Assembly: GCF_036321535.1 (NCBI RefSeq) | Contig: NC_087437.1 | Coordinates: 12,278,001-12,342,000, forward strand | Source of the DNA: Camelus dromedarius | Lineage: Eukaryota | Length of the DNA: 64,000 nt | Reading direction: 5' to 3' | Part shown: piece after piece, positions 23,076 to 37,349 of the stretch | Layout: each line of letters starts with the position of its first letter | How positions within the stretch are numbered: position 1 is the stretch's first letter | Position numbers and translations under genes: made by a program | Notes under the pieces: generated by a model | Seen by the model: the letters and a program-made list of their open reading frames with translations, nothing else | Database searches by the model: none | What the model was told of the DNA's origin: nothing

Positions 23076-26000
23076 TAGGATTGTTTTAAATATTAAGGGT
23101 ACTTAATATTCTTCTACTTTTTAACAGATGTATATTGTGTATGTTCAGGGTGTCTTATGTGGGTTCAGGACAAATTCTGGGAAGCAAATTTATAGTATTT
23201 ATTGCTGGTCACATGGATTACCTGTGATGTTTTCTTTAACTTTATTCAGGAGTCATGACTGCCTCATGGTAGCCTCGCTGCGTATTTCTTGGCACATAGT
23301 AAGTGCTCACTAAATGTTGGCATATGAATGCATTAAACGGCAACTTGTGCAATTAATGAAGATAAAGGAAACCTTCTGTTGAGCTAATTCAATTATACTT
23401 AACTGAAACAAATGTCCTGTCTAAATGAGCATCCTTGTCCTCCCAGATCTTAGTGTCACGTTCAAGATATTTATGCCTGATTCCGTTTCCAAGGAATTAA
23501 CCCTTCCCAGGGACATTTGCATTTTGAAATAGAGTCTACAGTGGTTGAACTTCCAAGAAGATACTTTGGAGTAGGAGTTATCCTAGCAACTTCTCAAAGC
23601 TATATCCTATGGGAGCCATGGACTCCATCCACCCCCAAGCCACTTCTATTTTCATAGACTCTAGACAGATTATAACTGTTGTCAGCACTACTGCCTATAG
23701 AAATCATAATTACCATCTATATGAGAGACCATATAGGTTATCTTATTTTTTCCACAACAAATGTAAGGTATTTTTGATTAACTTATTTACCTACATCCAA
23801 TTTCATTGAGGAAAATCAATTTTATGACTTACAAAAAAGTCATGTGCACAACCTTTTTAGAATTGTAAAAGGAGTAACTTTGGGGAAAGAGAAAGTAAGT
23901 ATGAGAGAAATGGAACCAACCTGAGGCCAGTTCATTAAAATGTATCCTACAAGGTAGACAATGAATGTTGCTCAGATGACCTAAAAGCCTGTCTCAAGGA
24001 GAGTCCCATGGCTAACACAGCCACATGGCTGACAGGGTCCACAAAATGCAGTCATCCAGCCACCTTGAGAACACGGAGGACTGTGCCGCCAAGCACAGCC
24101 CAACAACACAGTAAATCTGACTCTGTTTATGTGTGTTTGTGTTTTTAATAACGTCCCTCAATGTGGGCCAAATTAATCATTCCAAAGTTCAGTCAGCGAA
24201 AGCAGGTCCCCCACGGGGGTCCCAAGCAAAGTCTCCAGGTACATGTAGCTCTCTCACAATCTGAACTTAATCCAAAAATAAATATTAGAGTGTCAAGATA
24301 AAAAAAAAAAAAAAAGGTCTTCATAGCCTTCAGGCAATTTTCCATAAAAACTGTTTTCTTCAGCCAAGGATTTTTGTAAGCCTTGAGAAGCTATGAATTT
24401 GAGGTTATGCTCTCTTGACAAGGACTCGAGGAGCCGAAGGAACAGGATTTTCCCTCCCAGAACAATTTGAAATCACCTCCAACAGACAACAGGTTATGGA
24501 AAAATATAGAGCAGAGGATTTTAAAGTGCAGACTTTGGAGCCAGAAAAACCTCCATTGTGACCCAGCTCTGCGACCCTTGGCTCAATCTCCTCACCTCTC
24601 ACTGTTTCCTTGGTGGAAACAGTTTGCTCTGGAAACAGGAAACTGTTCCCTCTGCCCATTTTATCTGCTGGGAAGAGGTCCTTTGCATAGAGCCTCCATC
24701 AGGCTCAATTTTGCCCCCAGCATGGGTCAGTTTGTTGATAGGGAGGCAGCGGGTTTGGGGAAGAGGAGGAATACCAAGAATTTGAAGACAAAGAGGAAAT
24801 GGAAAATAATCATCTGTAGAACTAAGATTCTTTTTCATGGAAGGAAAACTACCTGAGCAGAAGCAAATAGATTCAAGGGCATGTTAATCTCAGTGGGATT
24901 AATTTTCTTTGGATACAGGAAGGGATAGTCAGTGCTGGTATGCTTATCCCCTCTTGGCCTCCCCCTCCCAAACCCACCCCCCAGACCCACACCTTCAACA
25001 GAAACACAATGAGACCAGATGCTTTATGTTTCCAAACGCCCAATGCTTGCTTTTGTGTGGTCATCATGGTACTGGTGTTTGCTACGATATGTCAGTGGTG
25101 GCGGGTTTTTCAGGGGGGGAAATATGAAGTATTTCTTAATCTTACTGTGGATCTTGCATTACAGAGCACAGCAGGGGATATTTAACTGGCAAGTTCTCTC
25201 TGAGGTCACAGTGTGCCACTTTTTTTTTTTTTTTCATGGAAAGCTTCAACTGCTCAACTAAAGAATGCGTTCCTTTAACAGGCAAATGAAAAAGAGACTG
25301 CCTGGTGATTCCTTGAGGTATGCTTAATTAATTCCAATCTGTTAATGACGGCAATTTTCTCATTTCACATGATAAATGGTGGCCCTTTCTAAGACGCATC
25401 TCGAGAAAGGACCTCCTCCCCACCCCCAGTTTTTTTTTTTTCCCCTTTGTCCTTGGCTACTTCTGTCGCTTGCTGCTCAGAATGAGCTCACATCAGTAAT
25501 AGTCATAAATAATTTACAAAAGTAATTCCTGTCTAATCACTTGGGACTTGGGGTTTTTATGATGTTGCCAGATGTGCCATCAAAAAAAATCATCCGGTTC
25601 AGAAACTTGTGATAAATTGAGTCAGAATCAACTAACTCCCTGAGGACAACCGGTCTTTTCGCGTGGACTTGTGTTGGGGTTCTCACCCGTCTTCCCCTCT
25701 TCTCTCTGCCCCCACATTCCCGCACACCAGAGACAAGAAGATCTCTAAGTGCCAGGCTACGGGAGGTTGTAGGCATGTATCAGAGACCCTAGCATCAGTT
25801 TTATGTTTCTCTCAATTGTTAAAGGGACACTTTAGTCCAGGCAAGGGGTAGACAGGGAGAGTTTGAAAAGCCCCTGACAGTCTATATTTTTCATACAGAT
25901 ACAGCGCTGGTGCCAACATGATATAAATACCCAGACATTGCTTGTGGGATAATATTCTCCTCTTTTCAATGAAAATCCTGCTCAGAATTCACCTTTACTT

Positions 26001-28380
26001 CCTCTGGACCCTCACCACATGAGTTTTATGTCTCTAATGAAGAATTTTGGGTTATTCCCCCTTACCATGTGGTTTAAACATTTACCCCTCGTATGGAATT
26101 GTCAACTTGTCGAGGCTGAGTCCTACATTATTGCCGCCTTCACTTAGGATGATGCCTTTCACCAGGGAGATGCTCACTAGTTTTGTGGAATGAAGGAAAG
26201 AATCTGAAAATGGATGAATTTTTATCCTGAAGCACATGGGGGAATAAATGGAAAGATCCACCTTGAGCTTTTCAACCACTTTGCTGGCTCATGTTATAGT
26301 AACTAAGCTGGGCAGTAACTAAGTCAGTTGCACTGGGAAAAGACCTTAACTCAGTTCATATCATCTATGCAAGGATTTGAAATGATGCCACCTGAACCAG
26401 GAATTTTGTTTTCCTAAATTACAGTCTCTCAGTGGAGATTAAAATATCTATAATCCAGTGCAACAAGACACAGTAGTGTTCTCTGATGACAAATTAAATC
26501 TCTGGGGAGAAAGTCCCCCATGTTGTCTCTGATTACATTGTCAAGGAATCCTGTGAATTTGCTGACATGTAGGTTTTTCCTTTAATGTAAAGCAGGCAAG
26601 GAGGGAGGGAGTGTGGAGAAAAAGACAGTAGGGGGAGAATGTGGAGTCTTTTAGGGAAATTGAGTGGGGACGTAGTACAGAGTCCCAGCAGTTATTGTGG
26701 AAGGGCAGCAATGGCGGTGAGCTATGGATGCTCAAAATCCAATATTTACATAGCTCTTCATCTTTGGATCTGAAGGGACATAAAGGTATTATCTTTGCCC
26801 AATGACTTGGTAAAGATCAGAATAGGAATCGTATGATTCTTTAAGTACAACTGAATAGCCTCTTATAGTTAAATAATTTATAGAGCAAACAAGTGAAGCA
26901 CTGTTGCCTCTTGGGGCCCCCCATAAGCTAATTATTCTCCCAACTTCTTGCCAACATTTTGAAAGATTTTGATTGGTAGAAATCAATGCAATTGTTTAAA
27001 ACCTATTGGTCAATCGTTTTGTGGAGTTAGGTACATTTTCAGGGACTACTTTTTACAATAAAGATAGTTAGATATTAGCCATTATGACTTAGATTATCTT
27101 CTCCTGTTTCTTATTAGACAAATAGCCTGCAATTTATTTTAATGCCTGTATTTATTGAATAGAAAGAGCTCATAAATGTTCCAATACTGAGACATAAGAA
27201 TGTATCAGAAGGTACTTTACCTAAAATATAGCTCTAGAAAATGAAACTATTTATTTTCCCCTCTTTTATTTTGATCTTGGCCCACATGCCTACATAATTT
27301 TATGTCACTGTAGTCGTAAAGCAAATACAAGTTTTAATTATGGTCTCTGCTTTCCTTTACAAAAGGATGCTATCGGTTGCTGCTCTGTGGGAAGTTGCTG
27401 AGACTAGTGCCTGCTCTGTTCCACAGTGTTCCTTTATGAGCCGTTACAGGGGAAATACGTCTTCTGATTTTTACGGCACAAATAATATTTTCAGTGAGAA
27501 AAAAAGTTTTTTTATCTTATGGCAATGGAAACATTTAATGATCACATCTTCCTTTTTTCATTGGATCCTGGAAAGCTTAGAGTCACCTTTGCAGTCTGCT
27601 TTAAATACATGATTTATGATGAACATTTGCCAGACATACCTCCAATTCTACTTTCATCCAATTCTACTTTCTTCAAACAGTTTTCTGTTTTCTTTCAGTT
27701 CATTTTATGCACCTAAAACCCTTTCCACAAGAATTTTTTTCTTTTTCTATTGTAATATGTCCTTCATAATTATTTTAATTTCTGCGTAATATTTTATGAA
27801 GTAGAGGTAAACCATTATATGCATTTGGTGTTTTCTATTTTTTCTACCAGCACAGAAAATAATAAACATCTTTTACATCCAAAGATTTTTTCCCCCATCC
27901 TAAAAAAATTACTTTCCTTGGATAACTTTTCGAGAATGAAATGACACATTCAAAAGCTCTGCACTGACAACCAGTCTCAATCCAATTTTGCCCTTTTTTG
28001 AAGGTGGGAAGAGGATTAATCCATGGTAAGTCTTTACTTACAGGTAGACTGAAGGGTACAATTATTACTGAAAATTTAGTCCTCACAAGAAGTAATTGAA
28101 ACTTTGTGTTCTAGTCTGCTTGGTGAATATAACACTTCTAGGCAGAGTTAGGCGAAAATGAATCTCAGCTTCAAAAGTCTGAAAACATCATAAATGTTTT
28201 TCCTGGTTAATGAAAGAGAAATTATTGAAAATAAGATATATCTACACAATAAAATACTACACAGAAACTAAAGTGAACTTTTCCTATGCCTATAGGAAGA
28301 TTTAATACCTTTTTAATAACCTATTATGCTTTTTAGTAGTTTAGCATTTAGTAACCATCTTTACCCATCTATGTTTCCCT

Positions 28381-28607
28381 CAGTGGTTCTCAACTAGGGG
28401 TTGAACTGTACCTGAGAAAGCATCTGGAAATATGTAGGAAGTTTTTGGTTTGTCATTTACAACCGAAGGCTGCCGCTGGCAACTAATGGGTTCCAGCCAA
28501 GGTTTTTCAACATCTGTATCCCACCAAATAATCCTGTACCCACCCCTCAGACACACACACATGATTGTTTTGCTCAAAATGCCAGTAGCCCCCACTGAGA
28601 CACACAA
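28381..28607. mobile_element. MER20-like hAT MITE
   Basis: cagtggttctcaactagggg...tttttggtttgtca...gctcaaaatgccagtagcccccactgaga. Confidence 0.75.
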
Positions 28608-31600
28608 GTGTCTCTAGGCCTGGTCTTAGTCAGTGTAGAAAGCAGGTCATTGGCTTGGTGCCTGGTCCTTGTAGACAAACACTGAGCTCCTACTGTGTGC
28701 CACGCATTCTTCTAGGCACGTAGAATACATATCTGTGAATGAAACAAACACTCTGTCCCTTGTGAAACTTACATTCTGGAGAATGGCTTTTAATAAATGT
28801 TGCTTCAGGCCATAGAGGTGGAAAAAAGTGATATGTAAACCTTCTTTCACCATATGCCTGAATAAATAGGCAAAAAAACCCTTTGAGTTGCAGGGATAGG
28901 GGCCTCTTGTGGTAGCTCACATTCTAAGCAAAAAGCATTACGTCACTTGTTCCATTAACCCCCTTTTGATCTTGACCCTTTGAGCTTAGTTGTGTGTCTC
29001 CTTTTTCCACGGATCTCAAATTTTCCCTAACCCTTGATTTTACATTTTTCGTAATCCGAAGAAAGTTAATTTCTCATAGAGTGGAAGCCAACCTCCCTTG
29101 ATTGTTCAGATATTTCAAAGATTATTCCAATATAGAAAGAAGTCTTTAAAAAATTAACTTTCGAGCAAAAAATAAATCTGTTTGCTCTAGAGTAAAAAGA
29201 TAGGAACATTAAAGTATTAAGACTCTAGAAAGTTCAGAAATCACTTCCCTGTTCCATCAAACCACAACACAATTGTGGTTTTTATTGTTTTATATGTTTC
29301 AATTAACTCAATTGTAATTGCTTGTCAGCATTTCATTCTCAGCAATAAATTTGTCATAAAAAAGAGTAGAAATAATCAAATTTCATTGTTCATCGTTTTA
29401 GTGTTTGTTCCCCTTATCTGCTTCTGCTATTTTGGAATATATTCTTTTGCTAACAGCTGTGGTGATATGTTTTATAGGGAGATATTTTAACAGTTTTCTT
29501 TCTAATTTTCTTTCCATTATATATGTAGATTATTGCTTTTCAGAGTAAGAAAGAAAATGATCAGATGGTGAAGGAAAGGGGAGTAGGAGGAGACCATATA
29601 AACATGTCCAATGTGTATATTTTATGTATTTATATGACATTTACACACTATGAAGTCATACTCAGTTTTTAAATGTGTCTCAATAAATATCTTAAAGAAT
29701 TTATATGATTAGCTGATCAGTAAAATGATTATTTGGCTATGCAATTTAGATGAAAACATCTGTATGTTAAGATCAGACTATAGGATATTGTTGGTGTCTG
29801 TGAACCCCGGTGCCAAATAGTGACCGTAGTGGCTGTGGTCTGGGCGTCTTTGATCACTCAGTGTGCTCTCCTTTTCTCCTACTCACCTGATTTCTTCTCT
29901 TAAAGGTATATTCGGAAGGGTGTGGTGGGAAAGGATATTAACTTATAGTAAAAGGCAAATGATTAATATAACTTACTGTCGTATACCTTCTATGAATATT
30001 TTATGTTAACAGAAAAAATTTTTAAACAGAAAGATTAAAGTGGGACCGTAAAATAATATGTTTGACACCAGTCAGTATTTGGAAGACAAGGGATATCTCT
30101 TGATACAAAAGTCTTCATGGTTCCACTGAAATCTTATCATGTAAACTATTGGCTCTTCTCCCTAAAGGTCTTCATATGAGAATTTCTTTTCTATAGTTTC
30201 ACCTGCAGATATTTATTTCTTTGGAGTCTACTAATTCCTCATCAACACAAACCTTATTCCTGAAATCAGATCACTTAAAAATATACAGTGTCTTATATGC
30301 TCAATTTCTGACACAATAACTGGTAAAAAGATTTCTTCCAGTTATTCATGGGCTAAGGAAATAGATATTAAAGTCATTGGATTTGGTTAGGTAGGTTTCA
30401 GTAGTAACATGCTAAAGTAATATTTCTTCATATGATTCAAACATTCAAAAAAAGTACTTGTGGCATTAGCTTTGTTATCCTTAATATCATATTCAGTTTC
30501 TGAATTTATTCCAGATAAATCCATCAAATTTTATTCCTATTACTATCTCCATCTTTACTGAATTTCCAAGCATTTTCTTAGCACCATATAAAAATCAGTG
30601 AGTTTAAAATGCTTTTTATGGAACAAGGGTGCATTAAAATTTTAACTTGATAGTGAGTTTCAGTTTAGTGGAATGTATTATACAGTTGACTTATTGTGAA
30701 ATTATAGCTTCATTCCCAGGATGAAAAAAAAGGGGAGCATTAAATCTAAATTAAAATTACATGTAGGAGGAGTGGCTAAGATGGCAGAGTAGAAAGACAC
30801 TGAGTTCACCTCCTCCCATGAACACACCAAAATTACAGCTATTTACAGAGCAACTATTGATGAGAACAACCTGAAGACTAGCAGAAAAGATTTTCAATAA
30901 CTAAAGATATCAAGAAAGAACTACAGTGAGACAGGTTAGGGGGCAGAGACACGGTATAGTCAAAACCCACACCCACAGATAGGCAACCCACAAACAGGAG
31001 GATAATTACAATTTCAGATGTTCTCCCCAAGGAGCAAGGGGTCCAAGCCCCATATTGGGCTCTCCAGCACAAGGGTCCTACACTGGGAAGACAAGTCCCT
31101 AGAATGTCTGCATTGAAGGCCTGTGGGGCTTGCATACGACAGAGCCAAAGGGCTGTGGGAAACAGAGACTTCACTCTTAAAGGGTACATGCAAAATCCTA
31201 CATGCTTTTGAGTCCCAGCACAGAGGTAGAAATTTGAAAGAAGCCTGGGTAAGACCCACTTGCTGATCTTGGGGAGCCTCCCAGAGAGGCAAAAGGCAAC
31301 AGGGACTTCCACTGGGGACATAGGTAGTGGTGGCAGCCATTTGGGGGACACTGGCACCGGCAAACTTCAGTTTTGAATCCTCTCTCTAACTTACTAGTGC
31401 TGGAGACTTACCTACCCACCAGTCAGTCGCCATCTATCCCAGGACACCCAAGGCCACGCAGCCAGCCACACTGGGACCCAGCCCCACCCACCAGAGGGTT
31501 TACATCAGATCCAGGACAAGGTGCTAACCACCAGCAGCCAGTAGCCTCTGCACAAGGCAAGGTCTGGCAACCAAGCAGGCTACAGGCCAGCCCTACCTGC

Positions 31601-31799
31601 CAACAAGCCCACAGTAGTCAGCTCCACCAGAATACAAGCCCACACAAGGGGCACCCTCTAAAGCATATAGATAGGTGACAAGAAGGGAGTGCACTGCTGG
31701 GCCCCAAAGGACATCCCCTACACAAGGTCACTCCTCCAATACTGGGAAGTGTAGCCAACCTACCTAATACATAGAAATAAAAACAGAGAATTAGGTAAA

Positions 31800-32715
31800 A
31801 TGAGGCAACAAAAGAATATATCTCAAATTAAGGAACAAAATAAAATCCCAGAAGAACTAAGCTATGTGGAGATAAGCAGTCTACCCAATAAAGTTTTCAA
31901 GGTAATGATAATAAATATGTTCAAGGAACTTGAGAGAACGTATGACCAGAGTGAGAAGTTTAAAAAAGAGTTTGAAGAGTTAGAAAATGTAAAGAAGAAT
32001 CAAACAGAGCTGAAAAATACAGTAACTATAATGAAAAATACATTAGAAGGAATCAATAGTGGATTAGATGATACAGAGGAATGCATCAACAAATTAGAAG
32101 ACATAGTAGTGGAAATCATCCACACTGAATAGAAAAAGGGGGAAGGAAATTTTTTTTTAAATGGGGACAGTTAGAGAGACCTCTGAGACAACATCAAGAA
32201 TACTAACATTCACAGTACTGTGGTTCCAGGAGAAGAGAGAGGAAGGGGCAGAGAACTTAAATTTAAAGAAACAATAGATAAAAACATCCCTAACCTGAGA
32301 AAGGAAACAGACATCCAGGTCCAAGGAGCCCAGAGAGTTCCAATAAGGATCAACCTAAAGAGGACCACACCAAGACACATTATAATTAAAATGGCAAAAA
32401 ATTAAAGATAAAGAGAGAATATTAAAAGCAACAAGTGAAGAGCAATTAGTTGTGTACAAAGGAACTATCTTAAGATTATCGGCTGACTTTTCAGCAGAAA
32501 CTTTACAGGCCAGAAAGAAGTGGCATTTTATAGTCAAAGTGATGAAAGGGAAAAAAACCACACCAAGAATGCTTTACCCAGCAAGACTATCATTCAGAAT
32601 TGAAGGAGAGATAAAGAGTTTTACAAGCAAAAGTTAAGAGTTTAGCACCACTAAACTAGCTTTACTAGAAATATTTAAGAGACTTCTCTAAGAGAACAAG
32701 AAAGGGCCACAATGA
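31800..32715 (+). pseudogene. L1 ORF1p remnant (stops and frameshifts)
   Basis: Fragments MRQQKNISQIKEQNK...NTLEGINSGLDDTEECI, IQVQGAQRVPIRINLKRTTPRHIIIKM and LRLSADFSAETLQARKKW...YPARLSFRIEGEIKSF. Confidence 0.93.
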
Positions 32716-33155
32716 GGAATATGAAAATTATGAAGGAAAAAATCACTTTGGGAAAGGAAAATATACAGTAAAGGTAGTATGTCAAATACTTATAAAGCTA
32801 GTAGGAAGGCTAAAAGACAAAAGTAGTAAAATAATCTATATCTACTATAAGTAGTTAATGCATACAAAAACAACCTGATGTAAAATATGATGTCAAAAAC
32901 AGTACTGGGGGGAGGTGTAAAAATGCAGCATTGTTAGAATGCTTTCAAACCTAAGATATCATCAATTTAAAATAATCACGTGCATATATAGATTGCTATG
33001 TATAAACCTCATGGTAACCACAAACCAAAAATTGATAATATATTCACAGACAAAAAGAGAAAAGAATTTAGATAGAACACTAAAGACAGTCATCAAATCA
33101 CAAGGGAAGAGAGCAACAGAAAAAGAACAAAAACAAATAGAAAACAAATGAAAAA

Positions 33156-36100
33156 ATGACAATAAATACATACCTATCAATACTTACTTTAAATGTAAAT
33201 GAACTAAATGCTCCAGTCAAAAGACATAGGGTAGCTGAATGGATAAAAAAAAAATGAGACCCATATATTTGCTGCCTATAAGAGACTCACTTCAGATCTA
33301 GAGACACATACAGACTGAAAGTGAGGGGACAGAAAGAGTATTCCACACAAATATAAATCAAAAGAAAGCCAGAGTAGCAATACTTATGTCAGACAAATAG
33401 ACTTTAAAACAAAGACTGGAACAAGACTCAAAGAAGTATATTACATAATGATTAAGAGATCAGTCAAAGATGAAGATGGAGCAATTGTAAATATATATAC
33501 ACCCAACATAGGAGCACCTGAATGCATAATGCAAGTATTAACAGACATAAAGGGAAAAATTGACAGCAACACAATAATAGTAGGGGACTTAACCCCACTT
33601 ACATCAATGGACAGATTATCCAGATAGAAAACCGGTAAGCAAACACAGGCCTTAAACAATACATTAGATCCTGTGAACTTAATAGATACATATATATATA
33701 TAGAGAGAGAATATCTCATCCAAATGGAACAGAATGCATATTCTTTTCAAGTGCACATGAAACATTCTCCTGGATAGATCACATACTTGGCCACAAAATA
33801 AGTCTCAGTAAATTTAAGAAGATGGAAATCACATCAAGCATCTTTTCCAACCACAATGCTATGAGACTAGAAATCAGCTACAAGAAGAAAACTGCAAAAA
33901 ACACAACCAGGTGGAGGCTAACAACATGCTACTAAACAACCAATGTGTCACTGAAGAAATTAAAGAGGAAATCAGAGAATACCTGGAGACAAATGAAAAT
34001 GGAAACACAAAGAGCTTGTTCTTAGAAAAGATAAACAGAATTGATAAACCTTTAGTCAGGGTTATTATGAAAAGAGAGAGAAGGCCCAAATAAAATGTAA
34101 AAAGAAAATTTACAACTGATATCATAGAAATACAAAGGATCATAAGAGATGACTATGAACAATTATATGCCAATAAAATGGACAACCTACAAGAAATGGA
34201 TAAATTCCTAGAAACATATAATCTCCCAAGCCTCAATCAGGAAAAAACAGAGAATATGAACAGATGATTATCAGTAATGAAATTAAATCAGTAATTTAAA
34301 AAAACACTCAACAAACAAAAGTCCAGGATTGGACAGATTCACAGGTAGATTCTATAGAACACCTAAAGAAGAGTTAACACCTAGTCTTCTCAAACTTTTC
34401 TTGAAAATTAAAGAGGAAGATATGCTTCCAAACTCATTTACAAGGCCAGTATCATCCTGATACCAAAACCAGAAAAGACACCACAAAAAAGGAAAATTGA
34501 AGGTCACTGTCCCTGATGAACATAGATGTGAAAATTCTCAGCAACATATTAGCAAACTGAATTCAACAATACATTAAAAAGAATCATGCACCGTAATTGA
34601 CTGTGATTTATCCTGTGAATGAATGGATGATTCAATATCTACAAATAAATCAATGTGATATACCACTTTAACAAATTAAGAATTAAAACCATATAATTAT
34701 CTCAATAGACGCAGAAAAGCTTTGACAAAACTCAATATTGTTTTATGATAAAAAATTTTCAACAAAGTGGATGTACAGGGAAAATAGCTCAACATATAGG
34801 ATAAGCCCGCAGGTAACATCACACTCAATGGCAAAAAGCTGAAAACATTTCCTCTAAGATCAGGAACAAGACAGAGATGCCCACTTTTGCCACTTTTATT
34901 CAACATAGTTTTGGAAGTCATTGCAACAGCAATTGGAGAAGAAAAAGAAACAAAAGGAGTTCAAATTGGAAAGAAAAAACTGATTACTATTACTGTTAGC
35001 AGATGACATACTCTACATAGAAAATCTTAAAGATGCCACCAAAAATTACTACAAATCATCAATGAATTTGGTAGACTTGAAGGATACAAAGTTAACATAC
35101 AGAAATCTCTGGCATTTCTGTACACTAACAACAAAATATCAGAAAGAGAAATTAAGAAAACAATCCCATTTACCATTGCATTAAAAAGAATACAATAGCT
35201 AGGAATAAATATAACTAAAGAGGTAAAAAATCTATACTGAGAAAACTATAAGACACTGGAGAAAGAAATTGAAGACAGTACAAACAGATGGAAAGATATA
35301 CCATGTTCATGGACTGGAAGAATTAATATTGTTAACACAAATACACTGCCCAATGCAATCTATAGATTCAGAGCAATCCCTATCAAAATATCAGTGGCAT
35401 TTTTCACAGAGCTAGAATAATTCTAAAATTTGTATGGAAACACAGAAGACATCTAATAGCCAAAACAATCTTGAGAAAGAAGATCAAAGGTAGTGGTATC
35501 ATGCTCCCTAATTTCAAACAAAGCTGCAGTAATCTAAACAATATGGTACTGGAACCAAATAGATAGATCAGCGGAACAGATTAGAGAGCCCAGGAATAAA
35601 ACCACATGCGTATGGTCAATTAACCTATGACAGAGGAGGCAAGAATATACAATTGAGAAAAGACAGCTTTTTCAATAAATGATGTTGGGAAAATTTGACA
35701 GTTTCATGCAAAAAATCAAACTGGACTACTTTCTCATACCATATACAAAAATGAACTAAAAATGGATTAAAGACTTAAATGTAAGATCTGAAACCATAAA
35801 ACTTCTGGAAGAAAACATAAGCAGTATGCTTTCTGAAATGGTCCTAGCAATATAGTTTTGGATATGTCTACTCAGGCAAGGGAAACAAAAGCAAAAATAA
35901 ATGGAGCTAGGTTAAACTAAAAAGCTTTTACACAGTAAAGGAAACCATCAACAAAACGAAAAGTCTGCCTATTAAATGGGTGAAGACATTTGCAAATGAT
36001 ATATCTGATAAGGGTTAATATCCAAAATTTGCAAAGAACTCATATAATTCAATATCAAAAAACAAACTGATTAAAAAATGTGCTGAAGGCCTGAATAAAC

Positions 36101-36690
36101 ATTTTTTCCAAATAAGTCATACAGAAGGCCAAGAGACACATGAAAAAATGTTCAACATCATTAATCATCAAAGAAATGCAAATCAGAATCACACGAGATA
36201 TCACCTCACACCTGTCAGAATGGCAATCATCAAAAAGATACCAAAATGACAGGTGTTGGCAAGGATGTGGCGAAAAGGGACGTTCGTGCACTGTTGGTAG
36301 CAATGTAAAGAGGTACAGCCACTGGAAAACAGTATGGAGGTTCCTCAAAAAATTAAAAATAAAACAATCATATTATTCAGCAATTCTATTTCTGGGTATT
36401 TTTCTGAAGAAATTGAAAGCACCAGTTTGAAAAGATAAATGCACCCTTATTTTCACTGCAGCATTATTTATAATAGCCAAGATACAGAAGCAACTGATTT
36501 GTCCATCGATAGATGGAATTTAGGATAAAGAAGATGTGATATATATATTATATATATATATGTTTAATATTACTCAGCCATAAAACATAATGGAGTTTTG
36601 CCACTTGTGACAACGTGGGTGGACCTAGAGGGTATTATGCTAAGTGAAATAAGTCAGACAGAGAATACAAAAACCATATGATTTCAAACA
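33156..36690 (+). pseudogene. L1 ORF2p remnant (endonuclease / reverse transcriptase), disrupted
   Basis: Starts MTINTYLSILTLNVNELNAPVKRHR (APE domain). RT motif L-A-D-D at 34996-35007. C-terminal CWQGCGEKG...; many stops and frameshifts. Confidence 0.94.
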
Positions 36691-37349
36691 AAAACAAATT
36701 AACAAACATAAAACAAACAGACTCGTAGAAACAGAGAACAAACAGGTGGTTGCCAGAGGGGAAGGAGTTTGGGGGACAAGTGAAATAGGTGAGGGAGATT
36801 AAGAGATACAAACTTCTATTTACAAAGTAATGAGCTATGGGGACAAAATGTACCGCACTGAGAAGATTGTCAATAATATTGGCGGGGGGACAAAAACTAA
36901 AAATAAAGTTAAAAACAAAATAAAATTACATGTGGTAATTTTGTGAATACAATCACATATTTAAAGGAAAAACTATGTTTTCATAAAACATTGGTAATGG
37001 TATAATATCAACACATACACAACTTCCATAAAATACCCAAAGTTCTATATCTCTGAATTATATATGATCTGTTAATTTCCTACAATCAGTGTTTATGACT
37101 CTTTTAAATCAATTCTTTGGTTAATGATCCAATGCAAGCAAGCAAGACTCTTGGGGAATTCTGTGGTTATTTTTGCATTGTTCTCCTGTTTGCTCCAAGT
37201 CACTTTAAAGTCTGCATCATGGTCAGCATCTACCTGTTGAGTAGACTAGCAGGTGTGCCACTGACAGAATTTCAAATTTTCAGAATTGCTTGTATCTATA
37301 TAGAAAATGATGATATTTTCTGCTCAGTGCCTTACTTTTCATTGGGACA

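Larger units (their letters stand above)
30765..36920 (+). mobile_element. Full-length but decayed LINE-1 (5' UTR, ORF1, ORF2, 3' UTR) with TSD
   Basis: TSD TAAAATTACATGT at 30752-30764 and 36921-36933. The 5' end has a YY1-type AAGATGGC and a GC-richer UTR. Recognisable ORF1 and ORF2 remnants follow. Confidence 0.97.

Noticed and set aside
26086..26203. Candidate 118-nt antisense exon (ttttcag|ATTC...GAGGG|gtaaat) with one open frame
   Set aside because: Weak donor, no recognisable peptide and no partner exons.
30878..31678. ORFs of 101-161 aa
   Set aside because: They lie within the GC-richer L1 5' UTR, with no evidence of host coding function.
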